Shown here: positions 29,354 through 38,245 of the stretch, piece after piece
Layout of the letters: each line of letters starts with the position of its first letter
How positions within the stretch are numbered: position 1 is the stretch's first letter
IMG/VR virus record: IMGVR_UViG_3300024346_000007
Source of the DNA: a virus
Strand: one strand, 5' to 3'
DNA: 64,000 bases
The notes under the pieces: generated by a model
What the model was told of the DNA's origin: nothing
Database searches by the model: none
What the model saw: only the letters and a program-made list of their open reading frames with translations
Made by a program: the position numbers and the translations under genes

Positions 29354-30934
29354 TTATAATAGCCAGGTAATATCTTCCTGTTGACCATTTACATTCATGT
29401 TATATGGGTTCACAAATTGGTTCTGGTTAGGTGCATTATTTTTACCCACTCCTGACACTCTTGATATATTGTTTAGTAAAGCCCTTTGCATATCTATTCC
29501 TTTATTTTTATAATGAATAGCACTATCCCTAAGGAACATCCCTATAGCATAGGCCATTACACAGTCATCATGGTATCCAGATTGAGCTTGTGGCTTACTG
29601 TTTTTCCATATAAAGGTAGACATTTCTGAGACTAATCTTCTAGAATTAACAGATATACTGTGATCTCTTATGTATTGTTTGAAAGATAGTAGAACTTCCG
29701 GTCTTGTTTTTGTGGATGTTGTAAATCCAGGAGTCATTTTACTGGTATCGTAGTTGTACATCTGGGTGATGTACTGCGATACATTTAGAGTATCCCCTTT
29801 AGGAGAATAGTATATATTATTATAATTCAATTCTAGAACATCTGTTATCGTAGCATGTCCTAAACCTGTGTTTTCTACGATTAAAAGGGCACTGTTGTAT
29901 TCAGTGGCTATGGCTACAGCAAACTTAGATAGGCTTTTGGTGTCCATATCTCCTCTATACTCAGCTATTTGAGATCCGCTAAACACATCTATGACTTGTA
30001 TTACAGAAGAGTCAGAACCGTCTCCTTTAGCCGTATCTATGATCAGCATATAATTACCATCTGGTTTAGGGTATTCCCATATCCAATAATCTTTGTGAGG
30101 GCCTCTTTGTTCTATAGGATCTTTTGTTCTTTCTGTGTAGTATTCTAAGTCTTCTGCTTCAAAATAGGTATCTCCAGAAGATATAAAATTACAGTCGCAC
30201 TCTTGTGCAGCCATTCTTTTACCTAATTCCTTATCTTGATCTTCTCTCCATTTTTGATTTCTGCTTGGGTGTACACTCCACGGTAGCCTAACAGGGAGGA
30301 AATTATTATCTTCTGATTCTGCGCCTACCCATTGTTGGTGGAACCACTGTCCGACTCCATTTGGAGTAGATAATACAATAGCCCTACCACCAGTTGCAAG
30401 GGTTTGCTGTGCTGATCCCCATAAATCCTCAGCATTTTCAATGAAGGCTGCCTCATCTAATACTAGCACATTAGCAGTATAACCCCTGGCACTCTCAGAG
30501 GCTCCAGAAGCTGCTTTAATCTTTGATCCATTGTTTAGGATAAGAGTTAATTTATTGTCTTCTACTGAAGGTATTTTAATCCAACTTGGTAGATTATCAT
30601 AAGCAAATCTTACTTTATCTACTATATTTCTAGCTTTTTCTTGTGTAGGAGCCAGTGCTAAGATAGATTGATCTTTCTTAAAGGTCATTAGCCACAGAGC
30701 GTATGCAGCAGTAAGAGTAGTAATACCAAGCTGTCTTGATTTGAGGATAAGAGTTCTATCGTGCTTGTTAAGTAGGAATAATAACTTTTCTTGGAATACA
30801 TATGGATTGAATAACATTCGACCTTCACTGGTCTGTATATATACAAATTTCTTTAGAAAATATACGGGGTCAGCAGCACATTTTAAGTACTCTTCCCTGA
30901 TTATTTCTTTTATGGATTTTTCTTGATCCGACAT
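29354..30934 (-). CDS. Terminase large subunit (gp17-like)
   Basis: LKSRQLGITT, LVLDEAAFI, LSTPNG, IDTAKGDGSDSS, VENTG, HDDCVMA. Confidence 0.95.
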   Translation of the reverse strand: MSDQEKSIKEIIREEYLKCAADPVYFLKKFVYIQTSEGRMLFNPYVFQEKLLFLLNKHDRTLILKSRQLGITTLTAAYALWLMTFKKDQSILALAPTQEKARNIVDKVRFAYDNLPSWIKIPSVEDNKLTLILNNGSKIKAASGASESARGYTANVLVLDEAAFIENAEDLWGSAQQTLATGGRAIVLSTPNGVGQWFHQQWVGAESEDNNFLPVRLPWSVHPSRNQKWREDQDKELGKRMAAQECDCNFISSGDTYFEAEDLEYYTERTKDPIEQRGPHKDYWIWEYPKPDGNYMLIIDTAKGDGSDSSVIQVIDVFSGSQIAEYRGDMDTKSLSKFAVAIATEYNSALLIVENTGLGHATITDVLELNYNNIYYSPKGDTLNVSQYITQMYNYDTSKMTPGFTTSTKTRPEVLLSFKQYIRDHSISVNSRRLVSEMSTFIWKNSKPQAQSGYHDDCVMAYAIGMFLRDSAIHYKNKGIDMQRALLNNISRVSGVGKNNAPNQNQFVNPYNMNVNGQQEDITWLL

Positions 30935-30935
30935 C

Positions 30936-31364
30936 TTATTTCACAACAGCAAATCCTAAAGCTAGTAATACCAATCCTAAAGATAGTTTTTTAGCTAGCT
31001 TTTGCTTTTTTAAATCAGTTTTTAAATTAGATATATTAGAAGCATATACTTTCTCTTTATCCTCTTGTATTTTTATAATACCCTTATACTTGTCTATCTG
31101 CTCGTCTTTGTTTACTATTATATAATCTTTATAAGTATTTATAGATTTTAAAATATCTATATTATCTAATAATATACGCCTCTCAATTTTGATAGCATCT
31201 AAATATACTAAATCTTTTGCTACCTTCTTGGCTATATCTTTATGCAGCTTTACGGTATCGTTATTTGGTACCTGTTGTATCTTTATATCTATCTGAGAAA
31301 AACTGCTCAAGCTGATTAATGTCATAGCTGTCAACAGACTGAATTTGTATTTCATATGTTTCAT
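30936..31364 (-). CDS. Putative spanin-like partner: signal peptide, coiled coil, C-terminal TM
   Basis: MKYKFSLLTAMTLISLSSFS|Q signal; C-terminal LSLGLVLLALGFAVV; overlaps the upstream gene in another frame. Confidence 0.45.
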   Translation of the reverse strand: MKHMKYKFSLLTAMTLISLSSFSQIDIKIQQVPNNDTVKLHKDIAKKVAKDLVYLDAIKIERRILLDNIDILKSINTYKDYIIVNKDEQIDKYKGIIKIQEDKEKVYASNISNLKTDLKKQKLAKKLSLGLVLLALGFAVVK

Positions 31365-31596
31365 ATATTTTTCTGACTTTACCTTGATTATCTCTTATTT
31401 TATCTTCGGCTAACTGCACCTTATGTTCAAGAGTATCTATTTTTAGTTGAGATATTTTAATAGAATCTTGTTTAATTTGTATTTCTACATTTAAGCTATC
31501 TATAGCTTGTTCATATTTAGAATCATCGTAAGATCCTGGGTATAGAAGTGCGATAGCTATTATTACTATAATGCCTGTTATAATGTACTGTTTCAT
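31261..31596 (-). CDS. Putative i-spanin (Rz-like): N-terminal TM plus coiled coil
   Basis: MKQYIITGIIVIIAIALLY followed by a heptad-rich segment. Confidence 0.5.
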   Translation of the reverse strand: MKQYIITGIIVIIAIALLYPGSYDDSKYEQAIDSLNVEIQIKQDSIKISQLKIDTLEHKVQLAEDKIRDNQGKVRKIYETYEIQIQSVDSYDINQLEQFFSDRYKDTTGTK

Positions 31597-31597
31597 T

Positions 31598-32029
31598 TTA
31601 TTTCATTGAATCTTCCCAAAATCTAAATGCTATATTTCCACGAAGATAGGCATCTTTTTCCATATTCAAAAGATGTTTATCATTTTCTGCATACTTTGGG
31701 TCGGATAATGCATTAATGTTGTTTTGATCAAACATTCCAGAAAGGTTCTGGTTATGGTGTATCAGTTCGTGTGCATAGCTTCTCAAAACATCTTTTATGT
31801 GTCTGCCTGCTACAAATAATGTCACAGATCTCTGTGTTGGGTCGTAATAAGCAGTTTTTCCAAAAGGATCATTAGCATTTTCAGTAGTTGCTGCTATGGT
31901 TACTTTTGGATAGGGCATTATAGTTATGCCTGAATTTTGTATATACTCAGCCAAATTAAGCAAGTATGGAACAATATTTTGTCCAGATACCTGTACGTCT
32001 TGGTTAATATTTTGATATTTTAAGTCCAT
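31598..32029 (-). CDS. Putative zinc metallopeptidase (HExxH)
   Basis: TAYYDP...DVLRSYAHELIHHNQ...MEKDAY. Confidence 0.65.
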   Translation of the reverse strand: MDLKYQNINQDVQVSGQNIVPYLLNLAEYIQNSGITIMPYPKVTIAATTENANDPFGKTAYYDPTQRSVTLFVAGRHIKDVLRSYAHELIHHNQNLSGMFDQNNINALSDPKYAENDKHLLNMEKDAYLRGNIAFRFWEDSMK

Positions 32030-32559
32030 TATGCTGCAGGTTCTGTTGGTATCTCTTCTTCTGGCGGAGTCTCCCCTTCAGGAGGTGTTTCTGCTGATGC
32101 TGGCTCAGATTCTGGCTCCGGTTCTTTTGTTATAGGGTTGTTTTTAAGTAATACGTTTATAGCATCTAAGGCTTGTTCATATTCTGACCTGTTAACTATA
32201 TTATATTTTTTACCGCTGGCTATTACTTGGAAAGCATCAGAAGGTTTAAAATCCTCTGGGTATTGTAGTTCTAATGGGGTCGGGTCGTATTTTATATCGA
32301 AGTAGTTACCGTTAGGTATTACGACTCTGAATGTGGTAGGCTTATAAGATATACACCTAATATCTGATACTGTTTCTCTTATTTGTTCTAAAGCTGTATC
32401 ATTTTTACTCTTCTGTGTTGTCAATAGTTTTAATAGCACAGAGGTAACTTTGGGGGATTTGGCAAGAATCTTTTCTAAGTTAGATTCTGTTTCGATTGGC
32501 GTTATCTCAGCAGCTTCTAACAGCTTATTTTGAAATATATAATGATAATTAGGTTTCAT
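32029..32559 (-). CDS. Hypothetical protein with an acidic Pro-rich tail
   Basis: ORF with an upstream TATTTATA motif. Confidence 0.6.
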   Translation of the reverse strand: MKPNYHYIFQNKLLEAAEITPIETESNLEKILAKSPKVTSVLLKLLTTQKSKNDTALEQIRETVSDIRCISYKPTTFRVVIPNGNYFDIKYDPTPLELQYPEDFKPSDAFQVIASGKKYNIVNRSEYEQALDAINVLLKNNPITKEPEPESEPASAETPPEGETPPEEEIPTEPAA

Positions 32560-32564
32560 ATGTA

Positions 32565-32572
32565 TATAAATA
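32565..32572 (-). promoter_or_regulatory. TATTTATA motif
   Basis: In an 18-nt intergenic gap. Confidence 0.55.
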
Positions 32573-32577
32573 TAGAC

Positions 32578-32841
32578 CTATTTGGCCTTTTCTACTTTCT
32601 TAGGCTCCCACCAGTCCGTACAATACTCTAATGGATCATATGGAATACTCTCATTACCACTCCATTTTTTATATAGTTCATTGCTGCAATTACCTGGTTT
32701 GTCTTCTTTTCCTTCATTCCAGTAGCTGCAATTAGCGCAACAAGCCCCACCTTTAGGGACTCTAATACCAGCTTTATGATCTTTTGGGAGAATGTACTCT
32801 CCACCGCCGTATTCTTCAAGTAAACTTAATAACTTTATCAT
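32578..32841 (-). CDS. Small Cys-rich putative metal-binding protein
   Basis: CCANC...C...YCTDWW; MIKLLSLLEE N-terminus. Confidence 0.55.
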   Translation of the reverse strand: MIKLLSLLEEYGGGEYILPKDHKAGIRVPKGGACCANCSYWNEGKEDKPGNCSNELYKKWSGNESIPYDPLEYCTDWWEPKKVEKAK

Positions 32842-33449
32842 GTCTTTAAATAATTGTTTAATACTCCACCTATTGTTGATAAATCTAAATCAAAATCTGT
32901 AAGTTCTTTTTCTCTTAAGTCTCTTTTTTTAGTTACGTAGTCTATCCCTACAATACCTATAAATTCATTTTTTATTGTATACAAAGGAAACATATAAGCA
33001 CTTTTAACATTAGCGCTGTGTATTACCGAAGTAAACCCCTCGTATTGTCTTTCTGATACAGTTGTATCTGGTATTGATATAATAGAACCCTTATATAAAC
33101 TGTGTATTGATTTGCTAAATAAGCTAGCTGGAATGTTTTGAAATTGTGTTTGACAAGGTACTACTCCAGAAGATACCACTTCGTAGACCATGCTAAATTT
33201 TTGTATAGATTTTCCTGTTGGGTAAAAGTGTCCTCCATTATGAAATTGTACTAACCAAACTCTATCACTGTTGCTGTCTTTTCTTATTTCAGAAAGTTTA
33301 TCAGTTATAGTCTGGTCAAACTCCATAGACTCTAACAATGAATCTTTCTTCTTTTTATCAGTTATTGACTTTACGTAATGTACCGCTACAGGACCAACTA
33401 CAGAAGTTGTTACAGCAGTTATTATAGCTACTATTAGTTCTGTATTCAT
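32838..33449 (-). CDS. Putative holin (T4 T-like): single N-terminal TM plus GAF-like domain
   Basis: LIVAIITAVTTSVVGPVAV TM; DRVWLVQFHNG...SAYMFPL...FIGIVGIDY GAF pattern. Confidence 0.55.
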   Translation of the reverse strand: MNTELIVAIITAVTTSVVGPVAVHYVKSITDKKKKDSLLESMEFDQTITDKLSEIRKDSNSDRVWLVQFHNGGHFYPTGKSIQKFSMVYEVVSSGVVPCQTQFQNIPASLFSKSIHSLYKGSIISIPDTTVSERQYEGFTSVIHSANVKSAYMFPLYTIKNEFIGIVGIDYVTKKRDLREKELTDFDLDLSTIGGVLNNYLKT

Positions 33450-33997
33450 TATTTTTTTGATCTGTTTTTAAACGATACTTTTGCTTTGTCAGTGTTTGAT
33501 ACAAATTGTTTTCCTTTTTTTGATGCTGCCACTTTCTTTTTTGATGTTGCAGCTCTTTCTGCTTTTGTTAATCTTTCTGCTTTAGCTCTAGGCAGACATC
33601 TTGTGGTTGGACTTCCTTTTTTCATAGTTCCACAAGGTCCAGCTATATTGCCTTCAGTATCTATTCTAACCCAGTCTTCTTTATTAAACCAGCTGTGTAG
33701 GTCTTCCTCTAAATCTTCTTCCTTTATCATACCTTTACACACTTGAACTGCTCTGCCCATCAGATAGGCTGAGTGTTTTTCTCCTGCTGCTTTTCTACGT
33801 TCAGCATATGCCTTTCCTTTAGGGCATAGCTTTTCCATAAGCATTTGGTCTGAATTATCCTCTCCGCACTTATGGCATGTATAAGGATCATCTCCTCCTT
33901 TGGACAACTTCCACGACCATCCACACTCTTCGTTTTTACACTTTATTGTGACGTCATCCTCTTCAAACAACTCTTTTAGTATGTCTATAAATTTCAC
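33449..33997 (-). CDS. Modular basic hypothetical protein (Zn ribbon plus two Cys-paired basic modules)
   Basis: CxxxxC...CHKC; LCPKGK...AVQVC; WVRID...PCG...RCLP; GTG start. Confidence 0.6.
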   Translation of the reverse strand: MKFIDILKELFEEDDVTIKCKNEECGWSWKLSKGGDDPYTCHKCGEDNSDQMLMEKLCPKGKAYAERRKAAGEKHSAYLMGRAVQVCKGMIKEEDLEEDLHSWFNKEDWVRIDTEGNIAGPCGTMKKGSPTTRCLPRAKAERLTKAERAATSKKKVAASKKGKQFVSNTDKAKVSFKNRSKK

Positions 33998-34623
33998 TAT
34001 TCTGCTGATTTTATAGCTTGTGCGGTAGCTATAGCGTATTGCTTTGGCCCCATTTTATCTTTGCCTCCGCCTTTCATAGCCATTGCTTTTATTATATCTT
34101 CTTTCTTAGCTTTCTCAGCTTTTGTAAGTTTTTTCTCATCTACCGGCTGAATCATTTCTTCTTCCTCATCACCTTCTTCTTCTTCTCCACCTAACTCATG
34201 GAATCCCTGAGCTGCTTGATCTATAAAGTTTTCTGCATTAGAAATATGATCTTGAATCCATCCTGGGATGTTCCTTTCTTCATCTCCTAATTTTCTAGCT
34301 AGATCTACAGCTGACTTTATTATTGACTCTAGGCTACTTTTTGCCATGGACACTTCATGATCTTCTCCATCAGCGCCTTCTTTAACTCTTTTAACGTTCT
34401 TCCACATTGCAGCTGCTGCCACTTTCTCTCCTTTTTCCTTAGAGCCGTACTTTTCAGCAGCTTTATCAGCTACTTTTTCAAACCCTTTACCCTTCTTACC
34501 AATATCTTTACCTGCTTTTGCCTTTTTAACTACCGCTGATTTTTCTTTTTTAGACAGTCCTGCAGAAGGTTTTTTCTTTTTTGCCTCCAGTAAGGCTTCT
34601 TTAAAAATTTCAGAGAGTTTCAT
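33997..34623 (-). CDS. Hypothetical Lys-rich protein, possibly an internal head protein
   Basis: MKLSEIFKEALLE; basic modules flank a DHEVSMA helical module. Confidence 0.6.
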   Translation of the reverse strand: MKLSEIFKEALLEAKKKKPSAGLSKKEKSAVVKKAKAGKDIGKKGKGFEKVADKAAEKYGSKEKGEKVAAAAMWKNVKRVKEGADGEDHEVSMAKSSLESIIKSAVDLARKLGDEERNIPGWIQDHISNAENFIDQAAQGFHELGGEEEEGDEEEEMIQPVDEKKLTKAEKAKKEDIIKAMAMKGGGKDKMGPKQYAIATAQAIKSAE

Positions 34624-34640
34624 TATGTTTTATTTATATG

Positions 34641-34648
34641 TATAAATA
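34641..34648 (-). promoter_or_regulatory. TATTTATA motif
   Basis: Intergenic. Confidence 0.55.
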
Positions 34649-34649
34649 T

Positions 34650-35228
34650 TTAGCTTTCGAGTCTTTCTTTCATTTCTTGTAACCCTTCTTTCCATTTTTC
34701 TACTAACTTTTCCTTATCTACCCCACCTTCCCACTCTTCTACATCCCCTTGTTCCGTTACATAGGTCTCTTTTACTGTGTTTCTTGCATACTCTTCTATG
34801 AACTGGGATGCTTCTTCTATATGGGTTACAATGTTCTTTGTAACCATGTTTCTAGAGTATTCCTCGTATTTACCCTCCATCTTCAACTTAGTCTCCATAC
34901 TAACAACACAGCCGAAGCATGTTTTGTGGATTGGGTACATCTTCTTATCTAAAGATGTTTTCATCGGTTGAGAACAGTTTGGACATAATAAAGGCATCCT
35001 TGTTGCCTTTTTTATCTCATCTAGTTTAGTAACGGTTTGTTTTAGACCATCTTTTATAGTCCATGTCTTTCCGTTATCTTCCCACACATCTCCTTCTAGT
35101 CTATCCTCTGTTTGTTTCTCATAACCTACCTGGGCTCCTGTAGAGTTGCCATACTTCTTGGTGATAATGTTCCTTAACCTTTGAACATCTCTTTCTTTAA
35201 ACTCTTTCTTTAACTGAGTATCTGCCAT
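34650..35228 (-). CDS. Hypothetical protein with a zinc finger
   Basis: EGDVWE...KTWTIKDG; CPNC...CFGC. Confidence 0.6.
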   Translation of the reverse strand: MADTQLKKEFKERDVQRLRNIITKKYGNSTGAQVGYEKQTEDRLEGDVWEDNGKTWTIKDGLKQTVTKLDEIKKATRMPLLCPNCSQPMKTSLDKKMYPIHKTCFGCVVSMETKLKMEGKYEEYSRNMVTKNIVTHIEEASQFIEEYARNTVKETYVTEQGDVEEWEGGVDKEKLVEKWKEGLQEMKERLES

Positions 35229-35230
35229 AA

Positions 35231-35494
35231 CTATAGTTTTTTAATTCTTATTTTTAAATCTCCTGTACCTTTTATAGCTCTATGCCACTCTCCTCTTGAT
35301 ATATGAATCTGACCTTCTATTTTCATAGGAAGTCCTCCGTCTTTCTGAAAAAACCAATCGGTCTGTTTTATAGGTTCGATTATACGATCCTCTTTATCCC
35401 TATGCCACCTTAATTCTCCAGAGTCTACATCAGCTTTGAATACTCTTTCGTACCAACCTTCATTGTATATTTCTGTGTAGGGCCTGTCTTCCAT
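35231..35494 (-). CDS. Small cupin-fold protein
   Basis: WHRDKEDR and EWHRAIKG cupin motifs. Confidence 0.6.
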   Translation of the reverse strand: MEDRPYTEIYNEGWYERVFKADVDSGELRWHRDKEDRIIEPIKQTDWFFQKDGGLPMKIEGQIHISRGEWHRAIKGTGDLKIRIKKL

Positions 35495-35495
35495 A

Positions 35496-36089
35496 TTACC
35501 AGAATCCTGTAAAATTAGATTTTAACCCAAGCATACTTGCATACCTTGGAAGTCTGCACGACCAATAACCAGCGCTAGTCTTATCTTTAGCTTGTGCACA
35601 TTTATGCCTAGCTGCAAAAGATTTACGAGCCTTAGGATCATTTATCTTAGCCTTTAACCCTGTTGTATCTCCAAAAGATACTTTCTTAACACCTCCGCCT
35701 GGTTTACGTACATATACGTAGAACTTTTTACTTCCACCACGCTTTGGTTTATTTAATTCAACGTCTTTGCCTTGATGCTTCACCTCTTGTATTTGCTCCA
35801 TACTCATGGGAAAGTCTAATGGAACTTTTACCCCGTTATAATAACCATACTCTCCTAGATCAGTATTAGATAGAATTTTCTCTTCTTCCTCAGTTATTAC
35901 TATTAGACCTTTCTTATATAGTTCACGAGCTTCTTTGAATAAGTCGAAGTACTTCTTAGAGAATGGTCTATAGATATTCTCTGTGAGAGGTCTATCATTA
36001 TCTACATGGTACCTCAATCCTTCGGATAAAGTATCTCCAGAACAGCCGCAATCATCAAATGCTTCTAGGAATATTTCTCTTAGTTTCAT
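35496..36089 (-). CDS. Hypothetical phage protein with a basic C-terminal domain (DUF6321-like)
   Basis: KKFYVYVR...KKVSFGD...ARKSFAARHKC...AGYWSC. Confidence 0.55.
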   Translation of the reverse strand: MKLREIFLEAFDDCGCSGDTLSEGLRYHVDNDRPLTENIYRPFSKKYFDLFKEARELYKKGLIVITEEEEKILSNTDLGEYGYYNGVKVPLDFPMSMEQIQEVKHQGKDVELNKPKRGGSKKFYVYVRKPGGGVKKVSFGDTTGLKAKINDPKARKSFAARHKCAQAKDKTSAGYWSCRLPRYASMLGLKSNFTGFW

Positions 36090-36721
36090 ATATCGTCTTG
36101 TTTAAGGGGCTCAAATACACTCTTCCAGAATCCATCACTGAATTTCTTGGTGTACTCTTCTTTATAATTTATTAGAGGTGATTTATCTTGTAGAGGCTCA
36201 TCGGATAATGTCGATGGTGCTTTTAATATTCTCATGTACTCATCTACTTGTGTATCTGAAAAATCATCAGGTAGTTCTCCTTTTACTGCTGCTCTATCAT
36301 CATTTTGTATAGCTTGCTGTAAGTTTGCAGAAGATTTAAAGAATTGAGAAGGTAATAGTTGCATCCCGTAATAAGGGAATTTATCAAATTTATTTTGCAA
36401 TTTTTTATTCCTTGCTGTTTTTTCATCTAGTGCTACATAAGCTGGCTTGTCGCTTTTGGCTTCAAATATAGAATATACTTCACTAAGAGGTCCGTTTTCT
36501 TTTGATTTTATAACTGTGGCTTGCGGTGAAAAACTAGACTTCATTAGCATCTCCCACATTTTTGCCTTTTGATCTTGGCTTATCGGACCGTTATCTTTCC
36601 CTATTACCACATGGACATGACTTATCTCTGGTCTATTTAATAGCCAGTACAATGCATTCAAATGCATTTTAGTTGGGGGTGCGAATTCCCCAGGATAGTA
36701 GCACGGATGTTGTTCTTGCAT
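36086..36721 (-). CDS. Cytidylyltransferase-like (HxGH superfamily) protein with a degenerate motif
   Basis: YPGEFAPPTKMHL resembles GxFxPPHxGH; late SSANLQQAI resembles SxTxxR. Confidence 0.5.
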   Translation of the reverse strand: MQEQHPCYYPGEFAPPTKMHLNALYWLLNRPEISHVHVVIGKDNGPISQDQKAKMWEMLMKSSFSPQATVIKSKENGPLSEVYSIFEAKSDKPAYVALDEKTARNKKLQNKFDKFPYYGMQLLPSQFFKSSANLQQAIQNDDRAAVKGELPDDFSDTQVDEYMRILKAPSTLSDEPLQDKSPLINYKEEYTKKFSDGFWKSVFEPLKQDDI

Positions 36722-36737
36722 ATTTATTCGATACTGT

Positions 36738-36745
36738 TATAAATA
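36738..36745 (-). promoter_or_regulatory. TATTTATA motif
   Basis: Intergenic, after the primase operon. Confidence 0.55.
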
Positions 36746-36751
36746 TCGAAT

Positions 36752-37300
36752 TTATCCGTTAATCATCGTTTGTTTGTAGGTAGAGGTGGAGGACTTGGCT
36801 GGTGGGTATAATTCTACATTTTCATGGAACTCAGCGGTATCTGGATCCATTATATTCATTGTTATTGTAGATTTTAATCCTTTAAGAAAAGACTCTCTTT
36901 CTTTCATCTTCATCTTTACCAGTTCTGCCTCCTTGCTAAGTCTATTCCATACAGGGTCTCCACAGGACTCGTAATCAAACTTTGTAGCTGCCTCGTATAG
37001 TTCAAACTTGACACCATGTTTGGTATTGAAAGTCTTACCATCATCTGCGTTCTTCTCTATATCTTCTCGTACTAAGTCTACAAAAGTATTTTTACCGTTA
37101 TCGTCTGCCAGTTCTTTAAGACTTTTACCTGTCTCTTCTACGAACTTAAGCATCACAGCTACGTCAACAGCAGACATATCCCCGTTCATTACTGCGGTAT
37201 ATATGTTTGTAGCAGCTTTGGCAACCCCTTTCTTAGTTATATCTGGGGTTTGGTACTGAGTTTCATCCAGTTGGATGAGGAAGTTTGATTTATTTTCCAT
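36752..37300 (-). CDS. Hypothetical protein co-transcribed with the primase
   Basis: Stop/start overlap with the primase gene. Confidence 0.6.
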   Translation of the reverse strand: MENKSNFLIQLDETQYQTPDITKKGVAKAATNIYTAVMNGDMSAVDVAVMLKFVEETGKSLKELADDNGKNTFVDLVREDIEKNADDGKTFNTKHGVKFELYEAATKFDYESCGDPVWNRLSKEAELVKMKMKERESFLKGLKSTITMNIMDPDTAEFHENVELYPPAKSSTSTYKQTMING

Positions 37301-38241
37301 TATAGTGACATTTTATATTTTAATAGTTTATTAGTTGTTAGAGGCTCCACCTGCTGAATAAGAGATAGAAACGCCTCAAACCCCATAGAAGATGGGTCTT
37401 TATCATCCATCTCTACCAAAAATACCTTCTTTCCTAGTGACATAAGAGTCTCACAGTGCTTTAAAGCCATTGCTATTGCATCTTTGTCCAAAGCTACGTA
37501 TACTTTCTGTATTTTTGATTCTACTAGTTTTTTCATCAGCTTGGGAGTTATAGACTTACCCAGCAGCGGTATGGCATTACGTTTAATAGCCAGCATATCA
37601 AACCCTCCTTCACACAAAACCACAGGTATATCCCAATTAATGTACATCTCAAATGGGATAATATCTCTAGAAGCCTGTGGGTATTTATATTTTAGCCTTA
37701 CTTCTGGATCAAATGATCTCCCTACAAAGAAGTTTATCTTACCAGCAGCATCAAAAGAAGGCATTATTATTCTTTCTCCGTAAGGCCCCTCTTCACAATA
37801 CCCCATCTGGTACTTGACTATATCCTGTTCTGTTACTCCTCTCTTTTTTAGATACAACATGGCGTGTTTTGCCAGTATATCGTGAGGTTTTATCTCCAAT
37901 AAAGATTTATATTCTACCGGAAGTATGCCATCAAATTGCGCAGTGTCCTGGTCTTCCCTATCTGTTCTTACTATTATGTTAGCTAGGTCTCTAAGTTGGC
38001 TAGCTGTGGCACCTATTTTCCTAAATAAAGATCTTATGGTGCGTCCTTTATTACCGCATACCCAACAAGCCCATCTATTATTACCTTCGGAATCCGTAAT
38101 TACATCGATCTCTATCTTTCTTTTTGATGTTCCATGAGTAGGACAATCAGGGAAAGGGCAATGATATTTCCTGTTAGTTCTTGTTGCTTTTTCTCCGTAC
38201 CCTAATACTTGATCTAATAGTCCTGAAAGAACATTCTCCAT
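37300..38241 (-). CDS. DNA primase (DnaG / gp61-like)
   Basis: Zn finger CPF..C.H...CWVC; RIIMP, GRSF, KYKYP; TOPRIM CEGGFD, ALDKDA, KDP. Confidence 0.9.
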   Translation of the reverse strand: MENVLSGLLDQVLGYGEKATRTNRKYHCPFPDCPTHGTSKRKIEIDVITDSEGNNRWACWVCGNKGRTIRSLFRKIGATASQLRDLANIIVRTDREDQDTAQFDGILPVEYKSLLEIKPHDILAKHAMLYLKKRGVTEQDIVKYQMGYCEEGPYGERIIMPSFDAAGKINFFVGRSFDPEVRLKYKYPQASRDIIPFEMYINWDIPVVLCEGGFDMLAIKRNAIPLLGKSITPKLMKKLVESKIQKVYVALDKDAIAMALKHCETLMSLGKKVFLVEMDDKDPSSMGFEAFLSLIQQVEPLTTNKLLKYKMSL

Positions 38242-38245
38242 TAAC

